Shown: positions 19,157-29,265, counted from the stretch's first letter. The stretch: 64,000 bases of DNA from Bacteroidales bacterium UBA6117 (GCA_002428385.1 DIWB01000003.1:366-64365); one strand, 5' to 3'. Made by a program: numbers and translations. The notes: generated by a model not told the origin, from the sequence alone.

Positions 19157-20077
19157 ATGAGAAGGAGGGAGTTTTTCAGAAAGTCTGTCGGGGCCGGTAT
19201 TGCTGCCGGTGCTGCTTTCAGCATTGGAGGATACAATAAATTATGGGCAGCAGGGACTTCTCCGGAAAAATATGATATGGTTGCAATAATGGGTGGTGAA
19301 CCCGATGCAATGTTCGATCTGGGTATTCAGGAACTTGGCGGTATGGGAACATTCATCCGGAAAGGACAGAAGGTTCTTGTCAAACCAAATATAGGCTGGG
19401 ACGTTGTTCCGGAACTGGCAGCCAATACAAATCCCAATCTTGTAAAAAGGATTATTGAACACTGTTTCAGGGCAGGAGCAAAGGAAGTATATGTTTTCGA
19501 TCATACCTGCGACAACTGGGTCAACACTTACAAGAATTCGGGGATCGAAAAAGCTGCAAAAGCTGCAGGCGCCAAGGTAGTTCCCGGCAATACCGAGAAC
19601 TATTACCAGGAGATCGAGATACCCACAGCTGTGAAGCTTAAGAAAGCCAAGGTTCACGAACTCATTATGGAGACAGATGTATTTATAAATGTTCCCATAC
19701 TGAAAGACCATAACTCAACCAGAATGACAGCCTGTCTTAAAAACATGATGGGAGTAGTCTGGGACAGGGGGTACTGGCATTCGAATGATCTTCACCAGTG
19801 TATAGCCGATTATGCTCTGTTTGAAAAGAAACCCGTCCTCAATATCATTGATTGCTACAACGTGATGGTAAAGCATGGGCCGCAGGGTGTTTCAAAAGAG
19901 GATGTTGTCCAGATGAAATCACAGATCATAACCTCCGACTGGGTTGCAGGTGATGCCGCGGCCGCGAAAATGCTCAGCATTGATCCCCGGCGGGTTGATT
20001 ATATTCCCATTGCTCATAAGATGGGCCTTGGCAACATGAACCTTGAATCGCTCAATATCAAGCGTATAAAAATGTAA
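19157..20077 (+). CDS. Tat-signal DUF362 domain protein
   Basis: Twin-arginine leader MRRREFFRKSVGAGIAAGAAFS. The body (VLVKPNIGW..., PILKDHNSTRMTACLKNMMG, IIDCYNVMVKHGPQG) matches my memory of DUF362. Confidence 0.8.
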   Translation: MRRREFFRKSVGAGIAAGAAFSIGGYNKLWAAGTSPEKYDMVAIMGGEPDAMFDLGIQELGGMGTFIRKGQKVLVKPNIGWDVVPELAANTNPNLVKRIIEHCFRAGAKEVYVFDHTCDNWVNTYKNSGIEKAAKAAGAKVVPGNTENYYQEIEIPTAVKLKKAKVHELIMETDVFINVPILKDHNSTRMTACLKNMMGVVWDRGYWHSNDLHQCIADYALFEKKPVLNIIDCYNVMVKHGPQGVSKEDVVQMKSQIITSDWVAGDAAAAKMLSIDPRRVDYIPIAHKMGLGNMNLESLNIKRIKM

Positions 20078-20083
20078 TTTGTA

Positions 20084-21646
20084 ATGACATCTTCCTTCCT
20101 CAGGAAATTAAGGATTTTGTTTTCTTCCATTGTCCTGATTTGTTTTTTTTTCGTTTTTGCTGACTTCATGTCAGTAATACCGGAGAAATACATTAATTCT
20201 CTTTTATACCTTCAGTTTGTTCCTTCGGCGCTTAAGTATATCAACCTGACGACAATGGCAGCAGGAGGGTTCATCATTGTTCTCCTGCTCACACTTCTTA
20301 CCGGCAGGACATATTGTTCATTTCTTTGTCCGCTGGGGATCGGACAGGATCTCTTCAGCCGTATCGGAGGCAGGATTAAAAGGAAATTCAGGAGATTCGG
20401 ATATAAAAAGCCGCATACAATAATAAGATACTCCCTGCTTGTCCTGACTCTTGGGACCGCTATTTTCTATGGACTTTACCTGGTTACTCTTCTTGATCCC
20501 TACAGCATATTCGGTAGGTTTATGACTTATCTGGGCGAGCCTGTGATTTTGCTTATCAATAATTTTCTGACCTGGCTGCTCGGAAAATTCGATGTATACA
20601 CTCTCCATCATGTTGATATCAGGGGATTCAACCCGATGACATATGCTGTTCCTGTCGCATTCTTTCTGCTTGTCGGGACAATGTCCTTTGTGAAAGGAAG
20701 GCTTTATTGCAATATGATCTGCCCGGTAGGCACTCTTCTGGGCCTGATTTCGAAGGTCTCGATATTCAGGGTCAAATTCAGCGAAAGCAAATGCACCCGT
20801 TGCGGACGTTGTTCCGTACGATGCAAAGCATCATGCATCGATTTCCTTAATTATAACATAGATGTCAGCCGCTGTGTAAATTGCTTCAACTGTATTGATG
20901 TTTGTCCTGAAAAGGCGCTTTCCTATAGTTTTATCGCCTCAAAGGAAAAGCCCGCCAATACTGACGAAGGCAGGCGGAAATTTGTTGCAGGATCGCTTCT
21001 GATGCTTTTAGGGATTACCACCAGTGCCAGAAACCAGGATCAGGAAGGAGCGCCTGTCCCGCGTAAAGAGTCGACTGTAAAAGAGCCAAGAAATTTTCCG
21101 GTATGCCCTCCCGGAGCAGGATCGATGGAGGAATTCACAAAATATTGTACGGCATGTTCCCTCTGCATCAATGCTTGTCCGAACAATGTCCTTCAACCTG
21201 CCGTGATGCAGTATGGCATTGCCGGATTCATGCAGCCGGTTATGGATTATCACAGGAGCTTCTGTACTTTTAACTGCACCGTCTGTACTGAAATATGTCC
21301 CACAAATGCCCTCAAACCTCTGCTCCTTGAAGCTAAAAAACTTACTCAGTTAGGTAAGGTTTTCTTTATAAAGGACAATTGCATAGTCAAGACCGAAAAG
21401 ACAGCCTGTGGAGCCTGCTCCGAAGCCTGTCCCACAAAAGCAGTGTATATGGTGCCTTACGAGGGTAATCTGGTGATACCGGAGACCAATCAGGACATCT
21501 GTATCGGATGCGGACATTGCGAATATGCTTGCCCGGTTACACCTTACAAAGCCATATTCGTCGATGGAAATCCTGTTCACATGGCTGCCGCCAAACCCGA
21601 AATCAAAGAAGCCGAAATCACAACCCCGGAGGAGTTTCCTTTCTGA
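20084..21646 (+). CDS. Membrane-anchored polyferredoxin (NapH/MauN-like N-domain plus multiple 4Fe-4S motifs)
   Basis: TM helices carrying CSFLCPLG and CNMICPVG. Then CTRCGRCSVRC, CVNCFNCIDVCP, CTACSLCINACP, CTVCTEICP, CGACSEACP and CIGCGHCEYACP. Starts 6 nt after the DUF362 gene. Confidence 0.8.
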   Translation: MTSSFLRKLRILFSSIVLICFFFVFADFMSVIPEKYINSLLYLQFVPSALKYINLTTMAAGGFIIVLLLTLLTGRTYCSFLCPLGIGQDLFSRIGGRIKRKFRRFGYKKPHTIIRYSLLVLTLGTAIFYGLYLVTLLDPYSIFGRFMTYLGEPVILLINNFLTWLLGKFDVYTLHHVDIRGFNPMTYAVPVAFFLLVGTMSFVKGRLYCNMICPVGTLLGLISKVSIFRVKFSESKCTRCGRCSVRCKASCIDFLNYNIDVSRCVNCFNCIDVCPEKALSYSFIASKEKPANTDEGRRKFVAGSLLMLLGITTSARNQDQEGAPVPRKESTVKEPRNFPVCPPGAGSMEEFTKYCTACSLCINACPNNVLQPAVMQYGIAGFMQPVMDYHRSFCTFNCTVCTEICPTNALKPLLLEAKKLTQLGKVFFIKDNCIVKTEKTACGACSEACPTKAVYMVPYEGNLVIPETNQDICIGCGHCEYACPVTPYKAIFVDGNPVHMAAAKPEIKEAEITTPEEFPF

Positions 21647-21686
21647 TACAGGGGAATAACTAAATTCTTGTCAAACATGATTTTTG

Positions 21687-21719
21687 TTTGCCTGAGCTAT
21701 TTTTAAGCTGTTAATTTTG
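21687..21719 (+). promoter_or_regulatory. Candidate Bacteroidota promoter for the mce-mmd-cit operon
   Basis: TTTG (21687..21690), 21 nt, then TAATTTTG (21712..21719), 33 nt before the mce ATG. Both boxes match the TTTG / TAnnTTTG consensus. Confidence 0.5.
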
Positions 21720-21752
21720 CTTAAATTATAGTCATCAAAAACATGCTCTTTT

Positions 21753-22178
21753 ATGAAACCTGCACATATAGAACATATTGGTATTGCAGTAGCCAGTCTG
21801 GCAGAATCGGTGGCGTTTTACGAGAAGGTTCTCGGCCTGAAATGCTATAATATTGAGGAGGTTCCGGATCAGAAAGTCAGAACTGCTTTCTTTATGGTCG
21901 GACAGACAAAGATTGAACTGCTTGAGTCGACTGACCCTCAGGGTACAATTGCCCGCTTTATTGAGAAGAGGGGGGAGGGCATCCACCACATTGCATTTGC
22001 CGTGGAAAACATTGAGGAAAAGCTAAGGCATGCGGAAAAGGAGGGAGTCAGACTGATCGACACCAAGCCAAGGAAAGGCGCAGAAGGCCTTGAAATTGCA
22101 TTCCTTCACCCGGGGTCGGCACACGGGGTACTTATCGAGCTTTGCGAACATCCCGGTCACGAACAGCCGGAAAAGTAA
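21753..22178 (+). CDS. mce: Methylmalonyl-CoA epimerase (VOC/glyoxalase fold)
   Basis: 141 aa. [23 protein letters not shown] ... KIELLE ... GEGIHHIAF ... GVLIEL is typical of the epimerase. It precedes the carboxyltransferase. Confidence 0.85.
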   Translation: MKPAHIEHIGIAVASLAESVAFYEKVLGLKCYNIEEVPDQKVRTAFFMVGQTKIELLESTDPQGTIARFIEKRGEGIHHIAFAVENIEEKLRHAEKEGVRLIDTKPRKGAEGLEIAFLHPGSAHGVLIELCEHPGHEQPEK

Positions 22179-22225
22179 TACAGGATATTCTACTTCATAA
22201 ACAGTACACAAAACACACATTATAT

Positions 22226-23785
22226 ATGGATAGCCAGGATAAGGTTAAGCAGCTCATCGAACTGAGAGAAAAAGCGCGTCTCGGTGGAGGGCTGCAAAAG
22301 ATTGAGGATCAGCATTCCAAGGGAAGACTGACAGCCAGGGAAAGGATAAATATTCTACTCGATGAAGGAAGCTTTGAAGAGTTTGACATGTTTGTCACTC
22401 ATCGTACCGAGGATTTCGGTATGGGTAAGAAGAAATTCCTTACCGACGGGGTGATAACAGGTCATGGGACCATCGACGGGAGGGTGGTGTATGTGTTTGC
22501 CCAGGACTTTACCATTTTCGGCGGGTCGTTGTCTGAAGCCTTCTCGCAGAAAATTTGCAAAGTGATGGATCAGGCGATGAAGGTGGGAGCGCCGGTAATC
22601 GGAATAAACGACAGCGGCGGAGCGCGTATCCAGGAAGGGGTGAAAAGTCTTGCAGGCTATGCTGAGATTTTTGAAAGAAATATTCTTGCTTCCGGGGTTA
22701 TCCCCCAGATTTCTGCGGTATTTGGACCATGTGCGGGAGGAGCGGTTTATTCCCCGGCCCTCACCGACTTCATAATCATGAGCGAGAAAAACAGTTATAT
22801 GTTCGTAACCGGCCCCAAAGTTACCAGGACGGTTACCGGAGAGGAAATATCAACTGAAAACCTTGGAGGTTCAGGCGTTCACGGAACAAAATCGGGTGTA
22901 GCTCATTTTATTGTGGACGAAGAGGAACAGGGGCTTTTGCTTATCCGTAAACTGCTGAGCTATCTCCCGCAGAATAATATGGAGGAACCTCCTCTTACCG
23001 AATGCGACGATCCGATCGACCGCAAGGAAGATGATCTTAACAGCCTGATACCGGAAAACCCAAATCAGCCCTATGATGTTAAGGACATTATTTTCAAAAT
23101 CGTTGATTACAGCGAGTTCCTTGAGATTCACGCGGGATATGCAAGGAATATAGTTGTCGGTTTTGCCAAGATGGCAGGAATGCCGGTGGGTATTGTGGCC
23201 AATCAGCCAAACTTCCTGGCAGGCGTCCTTGATATCGATGCATCGAGAAAGGCAGCAAGGTTTGTGAGATTCTGCGATGCTTTCAATGTCCCCATCGTAA
23301 CACTTGTTGATGTGCCGGGCTTTCTGCCTGGAAGCGGGCAGGAATATGGCGGCATAATTATCCATGGCGCCAAGCTTATGTTCGCCTACGGTGAAGCCAC
23401 TGTCCCAAAAGTCACTGTTACATTGAGGAAATCATACGGCGGGGCACATTGCGTCATGTCGTCCAAACAACTCCGGGGTGATGTAAATTACGCCTGGCCT
23501 TCGGCTGAGATTGCGGTAATGGGGCCATCTGGTGCAATTGAAATTCTCGAGGGAAAAGCTCTTGCTGAAATAAGCGATCAGGAAGAAAAAGCGGCTTTCA
23601 TTGCCGAAAAGGAGAATGAATACCGTACAAAGTTCGCCAATCCTTATGAGGCGGCAAAATACGGCTTTATTGATGACGTGATCGAGCCCCGGAACACCCG
23701 CTTCAGGATAATTAGGGCTCTGAGAACCCTTGCTACCAAAAAGGATCCGGGACCTATGAAGAAACATGCAAACATACCATTGTAA
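22226..23785 (+). CDS. mmdA: Methylmalonyl-CoA decarboxylase alpha subunit (acyl-CoA carboxyltransferase)
   Basis: The carboxyltransferase N-terminus starts at [22 protein letters not shown]...[20 protein letters not shown]. The track start 22142 would overlap mce; ATG 22226 gives about 519 aa. Confidence 0.9.
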   Translation: MDSQDKVKQLIELREKARLGGGLQKIEDQHSKGRLTARERINILLDEGSFEEFDMFVTHRTEDFGMGKKKFLTDGVITGHGTIDGRVVYVFAQDFTIFGGSLSEAFSQKICKVMDQAMKVGAPVIGINDSGGARIQEGVKSLAGYAEIFERNILASGVIPQISAVFGPCAGGAVYSPALTDFIIMSEKNSYMFVTGPKVTRTVTGEEISTENLGGSGVHGTKSGVAHFIVDEEEQGLLLIRKLLSYLPQNNMEEPPLTECDDPIDRKEDDLNSLIPENPNQPYDVKDIIFKIVDYSEFLEIHAGYARNIVVGFAKMAGMPVGIVANQPNFLAGVLDIDASRKAARFVRFCDAFNVPIVTLVDVPGFLPGSGQEYGGIIIHGAKLMFAYGEATVPKVTVTLRKSYGGAHCVMSSKQLRGDVNYAWPSAEIAVMGPSGAIEILEGKALAEISDQEEKAAFIAEKENEYRTKFANPYEAAKYGFIDDVIEPRNTRFRIIRALRTLATKKDPGPMKKHANIPL

Positions 23786-23798
23786 ACAGAGTCCGGCC

Positions 23799-24161
23799 AT
23801 GAGTTATCTTTCAATAAATCTTTTAAGCCTCTACCTTGATGATGCAGCTGCTGTGCGACTGCTGATAGTGCTTAACATTATCCTGTTATCAATCATATTG
23901 CTGTGGTTTATAATCAGGGTACTGGTTCCCCTGATAAGGAAACTTCTTGCAGGGCGTAAGGAAAAGGCGGCTGTTGCTGAAACCATTATCACTGGAGCCC
24001 CGGAGACCGGCTCAGATGCAGAAGCCGCTATTGCCACAGCTCTTTACTTGTATTTCAATGAGATACACGACGAAGAGAGCGACATCATCACTGTTAAGAG
24101 GGTGTCGAAGACTTATTCGCCATGGAGCTCAAAACTATACAGTATGAGAAATTTGCGTTGA
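23799..24161 (+). CDS. mmdD: OadG-like small membrane subunit (decarboxylase delta/gamma chain)
   Basis: One TM helix (LLIVLNIILLSIILLWFIIRVLV), an Ala-rich linker and a C-terminal VKRVSKTYSPWSSKLYSMRNL tail, as in Bacteroidota OadG-like subunits. Sits between mmdA and the BCCP gene. The internal ATG 23799 is preferred over 23766. Confidence 0.65.
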   Translation: MSYLSINLLSLYLDDAAAVRLLIVLNIILLSIILLWFIIRVLVPLIRKLLAGRKEKAAVAETIITGAPETGSDAEAAIATALYLYFNEIHDEESDIITVKRVSKTYSPWSSKLYSMRNLR

Positions 24162-24208
24162 TTTTATTCAGACAGGGAATCTTAAATTGATCATGTAAGA
24201 AAAAAAAT

Positions 24209-24628
24209 ATGAAGAGCTTCAAGTTTTTAGTAAAAGGGAAAAAATACGATGTGAGTATTCTGTCCCTTACCGGAAATGTGGCAAAGCTGAAGGTGAATGA
24301 TGAGGATTACGTTGTTGAGATAGAAAGGAACGTTAAACCCGATAAAACCCCGATTGTTGTCAGGTCTGCAATCAAGGAGCCCCAAAAGGATATAGAGAAG
24401 AAAACGGGAGGCCCGAAAACGGAAGTTAAATCTCCTCTTCCCGGGATCGTTGTAAGGATATTTGTAAAACCGGGAGATACTGTTGCAAAGAACCAGCCCC
24501 TCTTCACCCTTGAGGCAATGAAGATGGAAAATGAGATCAAAGCGGAGCGCGACGGCATGATCTCAGGTGTGAAAGTTATAGCAGGACAGACAGTTCTGCA
24601 GGATGAGGTTATAATGGAAATGGATTGA
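24209..24628 (+). CDS. mmdC: Biotin carboxyl carrier subunit
   Basis: Biotinylation motif LEAMKMENEI within a C-terminal biotinyl/lipoyl fold, 139 aa. Confidence 0.9.
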   Translation: MKSFKFLVKGKKYDVSILSLTGNVAKLKVNDEDYVVEIERNVKPDKTPIVVRSAIKEPQKDIEKKTGGPKTEVKSPLPGIVVRIFVKPGDTVAKNQPLFTLEAMKMENEIKAERDGMISGVKVIAGQTVLQDEVIMEMD

Positions 24629-24660
24629 TCTGCTTTTAACACATCTTTAGTCACGGTATT

Positions 24661-25890
24661 ATGGATAACAACTGTGCGACATCAGGAAATTCAGGTCCCA
24701 AAATCAGGTCCGACTGCCAGATTACTCTCTTTCTGAAGAGCGAGGGAGGTATCTCTACTGATCTGAAATCGAAGGTGGAAACCCTTTATGGGGAATCCAT
24801 CAGGACGCTGTGCTCGGAAATGCTCGGCTATTTCGGGATTGAGAACGCTCATCTTGCAATAGATGATTCCGGAGGACTGCCTTTTGTTATTATGGCTCGG
24901 GTGGAAGCCGTTGTAAAGAAACTGACCGCATCGGAGATGAGTTTTCTTCCTGATTTCCCTGAGGCCAACAAGTATTCAACCCTGCGCGACAGATTTCGCT
25001 TTTCAAGACTATATCTGCCGGGGAACACTCCAAGCCTTATGATAAATGCGGGGCTTCACTCAGCCGACGGGATCATCCTCGACCTGGAAGACTCGGTAGC
25101 GCCCGACAGGAAGGACGAGGCAAGGATTCTTGTGAGGAATGCTCTCCGCCAGCTCGATTTCAGGGGTGCGGAAAGGATGGTGAGGATAAATCAGGGCGAC
25201 AGGGGAATGGACGATCTTGATTCCGTGATACCCCACAATGTGAATCTCATCCTGATACCAAAATGCGAGACTGCTGAAAACGTGAAGGAAGTCGCAATGC
25301 GTATCAGGGATATAAAGGCAGGATCCGGATCAGACAATCCCGTTTATCTGATGCCAATAATTGAGAGTGCCATGGGAGTGGAAATGGCATTCGATATTGC
25401 CAGAGCTGATGAAAGTGTTGTTGCACTGGCAGTAGGGCTGGAGGATCTTACCGCCGATATGGGCGTGAGAAGGACAAATGAGGGGAATGAGACACTCTAT
25501 GCCAGGACAAGGATCGTAAATGCTGCCAGGGCCGCCCGGATACAGCCGATTGATTCGGTTTTCCCCGATGTTGGTGATATGGAAGGTCTCCGCCGTAATG
25601 TTGCGGTCTCAAAATCACTCGGATTTGAGGGCATGGGTTGCATTCACCCCAGGCAGGTTGCAGTAATAAGACAGGGTTTTGCTCCGGAACAGGAAGAAAT
25701 TGAAAAAGCGAGGAAAATTGTACTGTCTTATGAAGACGCTCTGTCGAAAGGTCTGGGGGTGGTTGCCCTGGGTTCAAAAATGATTGATCCCCCGGTTGTT
25801 GCCCGGGCCATGAAGGCTATCGATCTGGCTGTAAGGCTCGGTCTCCTTGATTCTGGATGGAGAGATGAATCCTCGGCTGTTGTGAATTAA
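24661..25890 (+). CDS. citE: Citrate lyase acyl-carrier (CitD-like) fused to citrate (citryl-CoA) lyase beta subunit (CitE)
   Basis: The first ~95 aa align by eye with CitD (IRSDCQITL..., SKVETLYGESIRT, IDDSGGLPFVIMARVEAVVKKL). The rest is HpcH/CitE-like (RLYLPGNTPSLM, GIILDLEDSVAPDRK, IPKCET, GFEGMGCIHPRQV). Confidence 0.8.
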   Translation: MDNNCATSGNSGPKIRSDCQITLFLKSEGGISTDLKSKVETLYGESIRTLCSEMLGYFGIENAHLAIDDSGGLPFVIMARVEAVVKKLTASEMSFLPDFPEANKYSTLRDRFRFSRLYLPGNTPSLMINAGLHSADGIILDLEDSVAPDRKDEARILVRNALRQLDFRGAERMVRINQGDRGMDDLDSVIPHNVNLILIPKCETAENVKEVAMRIRDIKAGSGSDNPVYLMPIIESAMGVEMAFDIARADESVVALAVGLEDLTADMGVRRTNEGNETLYARTRIVNAARAARIQPIDSVFPDVGDMEGLRRNVAVSKSLGFEGMGCIHPRQVAVIRQGFAPEQEEIEKARKIVLSYEDALSKGLGVVALGSKMIDPPVVARAMKAIDLAVRLGLLDSGWRDESSAVVN

Positions 25891-25902
25891 TCAACTTAAA
25901 TA

Positions 25903-27468
25903 TTGCTTATCATGTCGATTCCGACTGTAATAAATGCCGTGGGAAGGGCTGTACCGGCAGAAATTAACGGCAAACCTGCAATCCCTTTCAGGGGAGTCGG
26001 AAAATACAGGCCTTCGGGAAATAAGTATGGTCCTCCCATTCCTTCATGCATCGATTTTCCTGACGATGGCAACAAGGTTGTTTCAACTCTGGAGGAGGCT
26101 CTCCTGAGATGCGGCATCCGCGATGGGATGACAATATCCACTCATCATCACCTCAGGGATGGAGACCTGGTCAGCAACAGGATCTTCGATATAGCATCAA
26201 AGATGGGAGTGAAGGACCTTGTCTGGTTCCCTTCTGCTTCTTTCCCATGTAATGACCCTGTTATCAAGTACCTCGAGGATGGAACTATAAACCGGATCGA
26301 AGGAAGCATGAATGGTCCGCTCGGAAGGTTCGTTTCGGAAGGAAGGATGAAGGGTACCGCGGTACTGAGGTCGCACGGGGGACGTGTTCAGGCAATCCAG
26401 GACGGTGAGGTGAAAATCGATATAGCGGTTCTTGCTGCACCAACAGCCGATTCTTTTGGAAACGCAAGGGGAACCGGAGGAAGTTCTGCTTGCGGGGTAC
26501 TCGGCTATGCCAAGGCCGATTCGATGTATGCCGGCAAGGTGATTGTTGTTACAGATAATCTCGTCGATATCCCGTGCTTCCCGATGGAAATTGAGGGCAA
26601 CTATGTCGACTATGTGGTGGTTGTCGACAAGATCGGGATACCGGAAAAGATTGTGTCAGGAACCACCCGGATTACAAAAAGTCCCGACAGGCTGCTTATT
26701 GCGGAGCTTACCGCGGCATTTCTTGAGAAGACTGGCATCTTGAAGGATGGTGTCAGAATGCAGGCCGGCGCAGGGGGTACATCTCTTGCTATCGGGGTGT
26801 TTATTCATGAGATACTCAGGAAAAAGGGCTGGAAATCGAAATTCGGATTCGGAGGCAGTACAAGGTATATGGTTGAAATGCTTGAGAGCGGGCAGATGGA
26901 ATACATCCTCGACGCACAGGTTTTTGACCTCGAATCGGTTGACTCTATTGCCAGAAATCCGAACCATGTACCGTATTCCGTTTTCAACGCATACAATCAT
27001 CACTCAAAGGGTAACCTCACCAGCATGATGGATATTATGATACTCGGGGCAACCGAGGTCGATCTGAATTTCAACGGGAATGTGGTGACACACTCCGACG
27101 GTTACCTGCTTCATGGCATAGGAGGATGGCAGAATTGCCTTCATGCCCGGAACGTAATACTTCCGGTGCCATTGTTCCGCGACAGGATACCTGTAATAGT
27201 TGACGAGGTTACAACCCTTTGCGGCCCGGGAGAACTAATCGATGCAGTTATCACAGAGAGGGGTATTGCAATAAATCCCCTGAGGCAGGATCTTATTGAT
27301 AGTGTGAAGAACAGCGGCCTGCCGGTCACTACAATTGAAGAGCTGAAGATGGAAGCAGAAAGGATCTGCGGGAAGCCTTCAAAGCCTCAGTTCGATGACA
27401 AAATTGTTGCTGCAATAAAATGGGTCGACGGCACAATTATTGATACAGTCAGAAAAATCAAAAAGTAA
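25903..27468 (+). CDS. citF: Citrate lyase alpha subunit (citrate CoA-transferase)
   Basis: 521 aa. [28 protein letters not shown] and overall length match CitF. The start may be ATG 25912. Confidence 0.9.
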   Translation: MLIMSIPTVINAVGRAVPAEINGKPAIPFRGVGKYRPSGNKYGPPIPSCIDFPDDGNKVVSTLEEALLRCGIRDGMTISTHHHLRDGDLVSNRIFDIASKMGVKDLVWFPSASFPCNDPVIKYLEDGTINRIEGSMNGPLGRFVSEGRMKGTAVLRSHGGRVQAIQDGEVKIDIAVLAAPTADSFGNARGTGGSSACGVLGYAKADSMYAGKVIVVTDNLVDIPCFPMEIEGNYVDYVVVVDKIGIPEKIVSGTTRITKSPDRLLIAELTAAFLEKTGILKDGVRMQAGAGGTSLAIGVFIHEILRKKGWKSKFGFGGSTRYMVEMLESGQMEYILDAQVFDLESVDSIARNPNHVPYSVFNAYNHHSKGNLTSMMDIMILGATEVDLNFNGNVVTHSDGYLLHGIGGWQNCLHARNVILPVPLFRDRIPVIVDEVTTLCGPGELIDAVITERGIAINPLRQDLIDSVKNSGLPVTTIEELKMEAERICGKPSKPQFDDKIVAAIKWVDGTIIDTVRKIKK

Positions 27469-27479
27469 AGTATTGTCAA

Positions 27480-27641
27480 ATGGAAAGATACAAGTGTATC
27501 ATCTGCGGATTCGTATATGATCCTGAAGAAGGAGATCCTCATTCCGGAATTGCCCCGGCTACTGATTTCAGCAATCTGCCTGATGATTACAAATGCCCTG
27601 TTTGCGGGGCGGGCAAGGATGAGTTTTTTGCCGCCGACTGA
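27480..27641 (+). CDS. Rubredoxin (53 aa, absent from the ORF track)
   Basis: My translation: [53 protein letters not shown]. It has both CxxCG knuckles and the FxxLPDDxxCPxCG signature. Starts 11 nt after the citF stop. Confidence 0.9.
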   Translation: MERYKCIICGFVYDPEEGDPHSGIAPATDFSNLPDDYKCPVCGAGKDEFFAAD

Positions 27642-27660
27642 CACATACAAATGAAGGTGA

Positions 27661-29133
27661 TTATTTCTCCCCGGTAACGTCAGGAATCCTTCCTATCACA
27701 TCAATAAGCAGGTCCCAGAACATCTCCACTGTATCAATTTTTATCTTTTCTTCAGGTGTATGAGCCCCCCTGATGGTTGGACCTATTGAAATCATGTCTA
27801 TCCCATGGAATTTCTCATAAATCAGTCCGCATTCCAGACCGGCATGTATTGCCCTGACCAGCGGCTTACGCCCAAAAAGCTTTTCGTACGATTCAGTTGT
27901 TATCCTGAGTATTTCCGATCTTAAGTCCGGTTTCCATCCGGGGTAGCCGTCAGAATGCAACACTTCGGCATTTGCCAGATTAAGACATTTTTCTACCATC
28001 CCGGCAACTTCATGCTTCGACGACTTCACAGAGCTTCGCTGAGTAGTTACAATCCGTATCCTGTTGTTATCTTCAAAACTGACTGAGGCCAGGTTTGTGG
28101 AGGTCTCGACCAGGTCTTCCATGTCTTCCGACCAGGATATAACGCCGTGGGGGCAACAATCCAGCGCCCTGATCAGTTTATCCTGGCTTTCCCTGTCCAT
28201 GACCGTAACAGGAGCCTGGATTTCAGTGATGGCAAGTTTCAGATCCTTTTCTGTTTCAGCAAATTCTTCCGCAAGCCTGATTCCGCTTTCCCCGATCCAT
28301 TTTATTATCTCTTTTCCGTGGGCCCGATCGGCAGCAATCACTGCAAAAGCTTCCCGCGGAATCGCATTCCTGAGATTGCCACCGTTGAAGCTGTTTACCG
28401 ATATTCCGAATTTATAGCCAAGGGAGGACAGAATTGAGTTCATTATCTTTACGGAATTGCCGTATCCTTTGTGGATCTCATCCCCGGAATGGCCACCGCG
28501 AAGTCCGGTCAGGGAGATCTTGAAACCAATGCTCCCTTCGCTGGCAGGGATGCTTTTGTAATAAAAGTCTCCAACTGTATCGATACCCCCGGCACTTCCG
28601 ATGTAAAGGATTCCTTCATCCTCCGAATCGAGGTTGAGAAGCGTCTTTCCTTCAAAAAAACCAGGTTTCAGCGCGATGGCGCCAGTCATTCCGGATTCCT
28701 CATCAACAGTGAAGAGGCATTCGATCCTGCCTGTTTTTATTGTCTGGTCAGTGAGGATGGCAAGCTGCGACGCAATTCCTATGCCGTCGTCGGCACCCAG
28801 AGTCGTCCCTCTGGCAGCAACATGGCCATCAATTATATAAGGAATGATGGGATCGGTGAGCCAATTGTGAGGGTAATCGGCATTTTTTTCTCCCACCATG
28901 TCCATGTGACTCTGCAGAACAATGCTTTTCCGGAGTTCATATCCCGGTGAGGGCGGCCTGGTAATAAGAATATTACCGATTGCGTCTTCCTTTGATTCGA
29001 GTTTATGCTCCGCTGCAAAATTGAGAAGATATTTTCTGATCTTACCTTCATTTTTGCTCAAACGCGGTATCCTGCATATCTCCTCGAAATAGATCCAGAT
29101 TGGCGCTGGATTTAAATGAGATAAGGTACTCAT
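27661..29133 (-). CDS. pepD: Aminoacyl-histidine (Xaa-His) dipeptidase, M20 family
   Basis: N-terminus LSHLNPAPIWIYFEEICRIPRLSKNE, LQSHMDMV, GADDGIG and 490 aa are typical of PepD. Confidence 0.9.
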   Translation of the reverse strand: MSTLSHLNPAPIWIYFEEICRIPRLSKNEGKIRKYLLNFAAEHKLESKEDAIGNILITRPPSPGYELRKSIVLQSHMDMVGEKNADYPHNWLTDPIIPYIIDGHVAARGTTLGADDGIGIASQLAILTDQTIKTGRIECLFTVDEESGMTGAIALKPGFFEGKTLLNLDSEDEGILYIGSAGGIDTVGDFYYKSIPASEGSIGFKISLTGLRGGHSGDEIHKGYGNSVKIMNSILSSLGYKFGISVNSFNGGNLRNAIPREAFAVIAADRAHGKEIIKWIGESGIRLAEEFAETEKDLKLAITEIQAPVTVMDRESQDKLIRALDCCPHGVISWSEDMEDLVETSTNLASVSFEDNNRIRIVTTQRSSVKSSKHEVAGMVEKCLNLANAEVLHSDGYPGWKPDLRSEILRITTESYEKLFGRKPLVRAIHAGLECGLIYEKFHGIDMISIGPTIRGAHTPEEKIKIDTVEMFWDLLIDVIGRIPDVTGEK

Positions 29134-29265
29134 GCTTTTATTGTAGCGTTAATGAATCAAAAGTACTTCTTTTTTTATTGGTTAAGTAAAGTGACTATGA
29201 ATTATAACAAGCTGATATACTTAATTTTTGTTAAATTTACGGAGCAATAAAAATTTAGGTTACAT

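Noticed and set aside
22142-22225. Upstream extension of the mmdA ORF ([12 protein letters not shown]...)
   Set aside because: It would overlap the mce gene by 37 nt and adds a non-conserved basic leader. The recognisable carboxyltransferase N-terminus begins at ATG 22226.
27387-27650. 87-aa minus-strand ORF from the track
   Set aside because: It is antisense to a textbook rubredoxin on the plus strand (27480..27641) and has no motif of its own.
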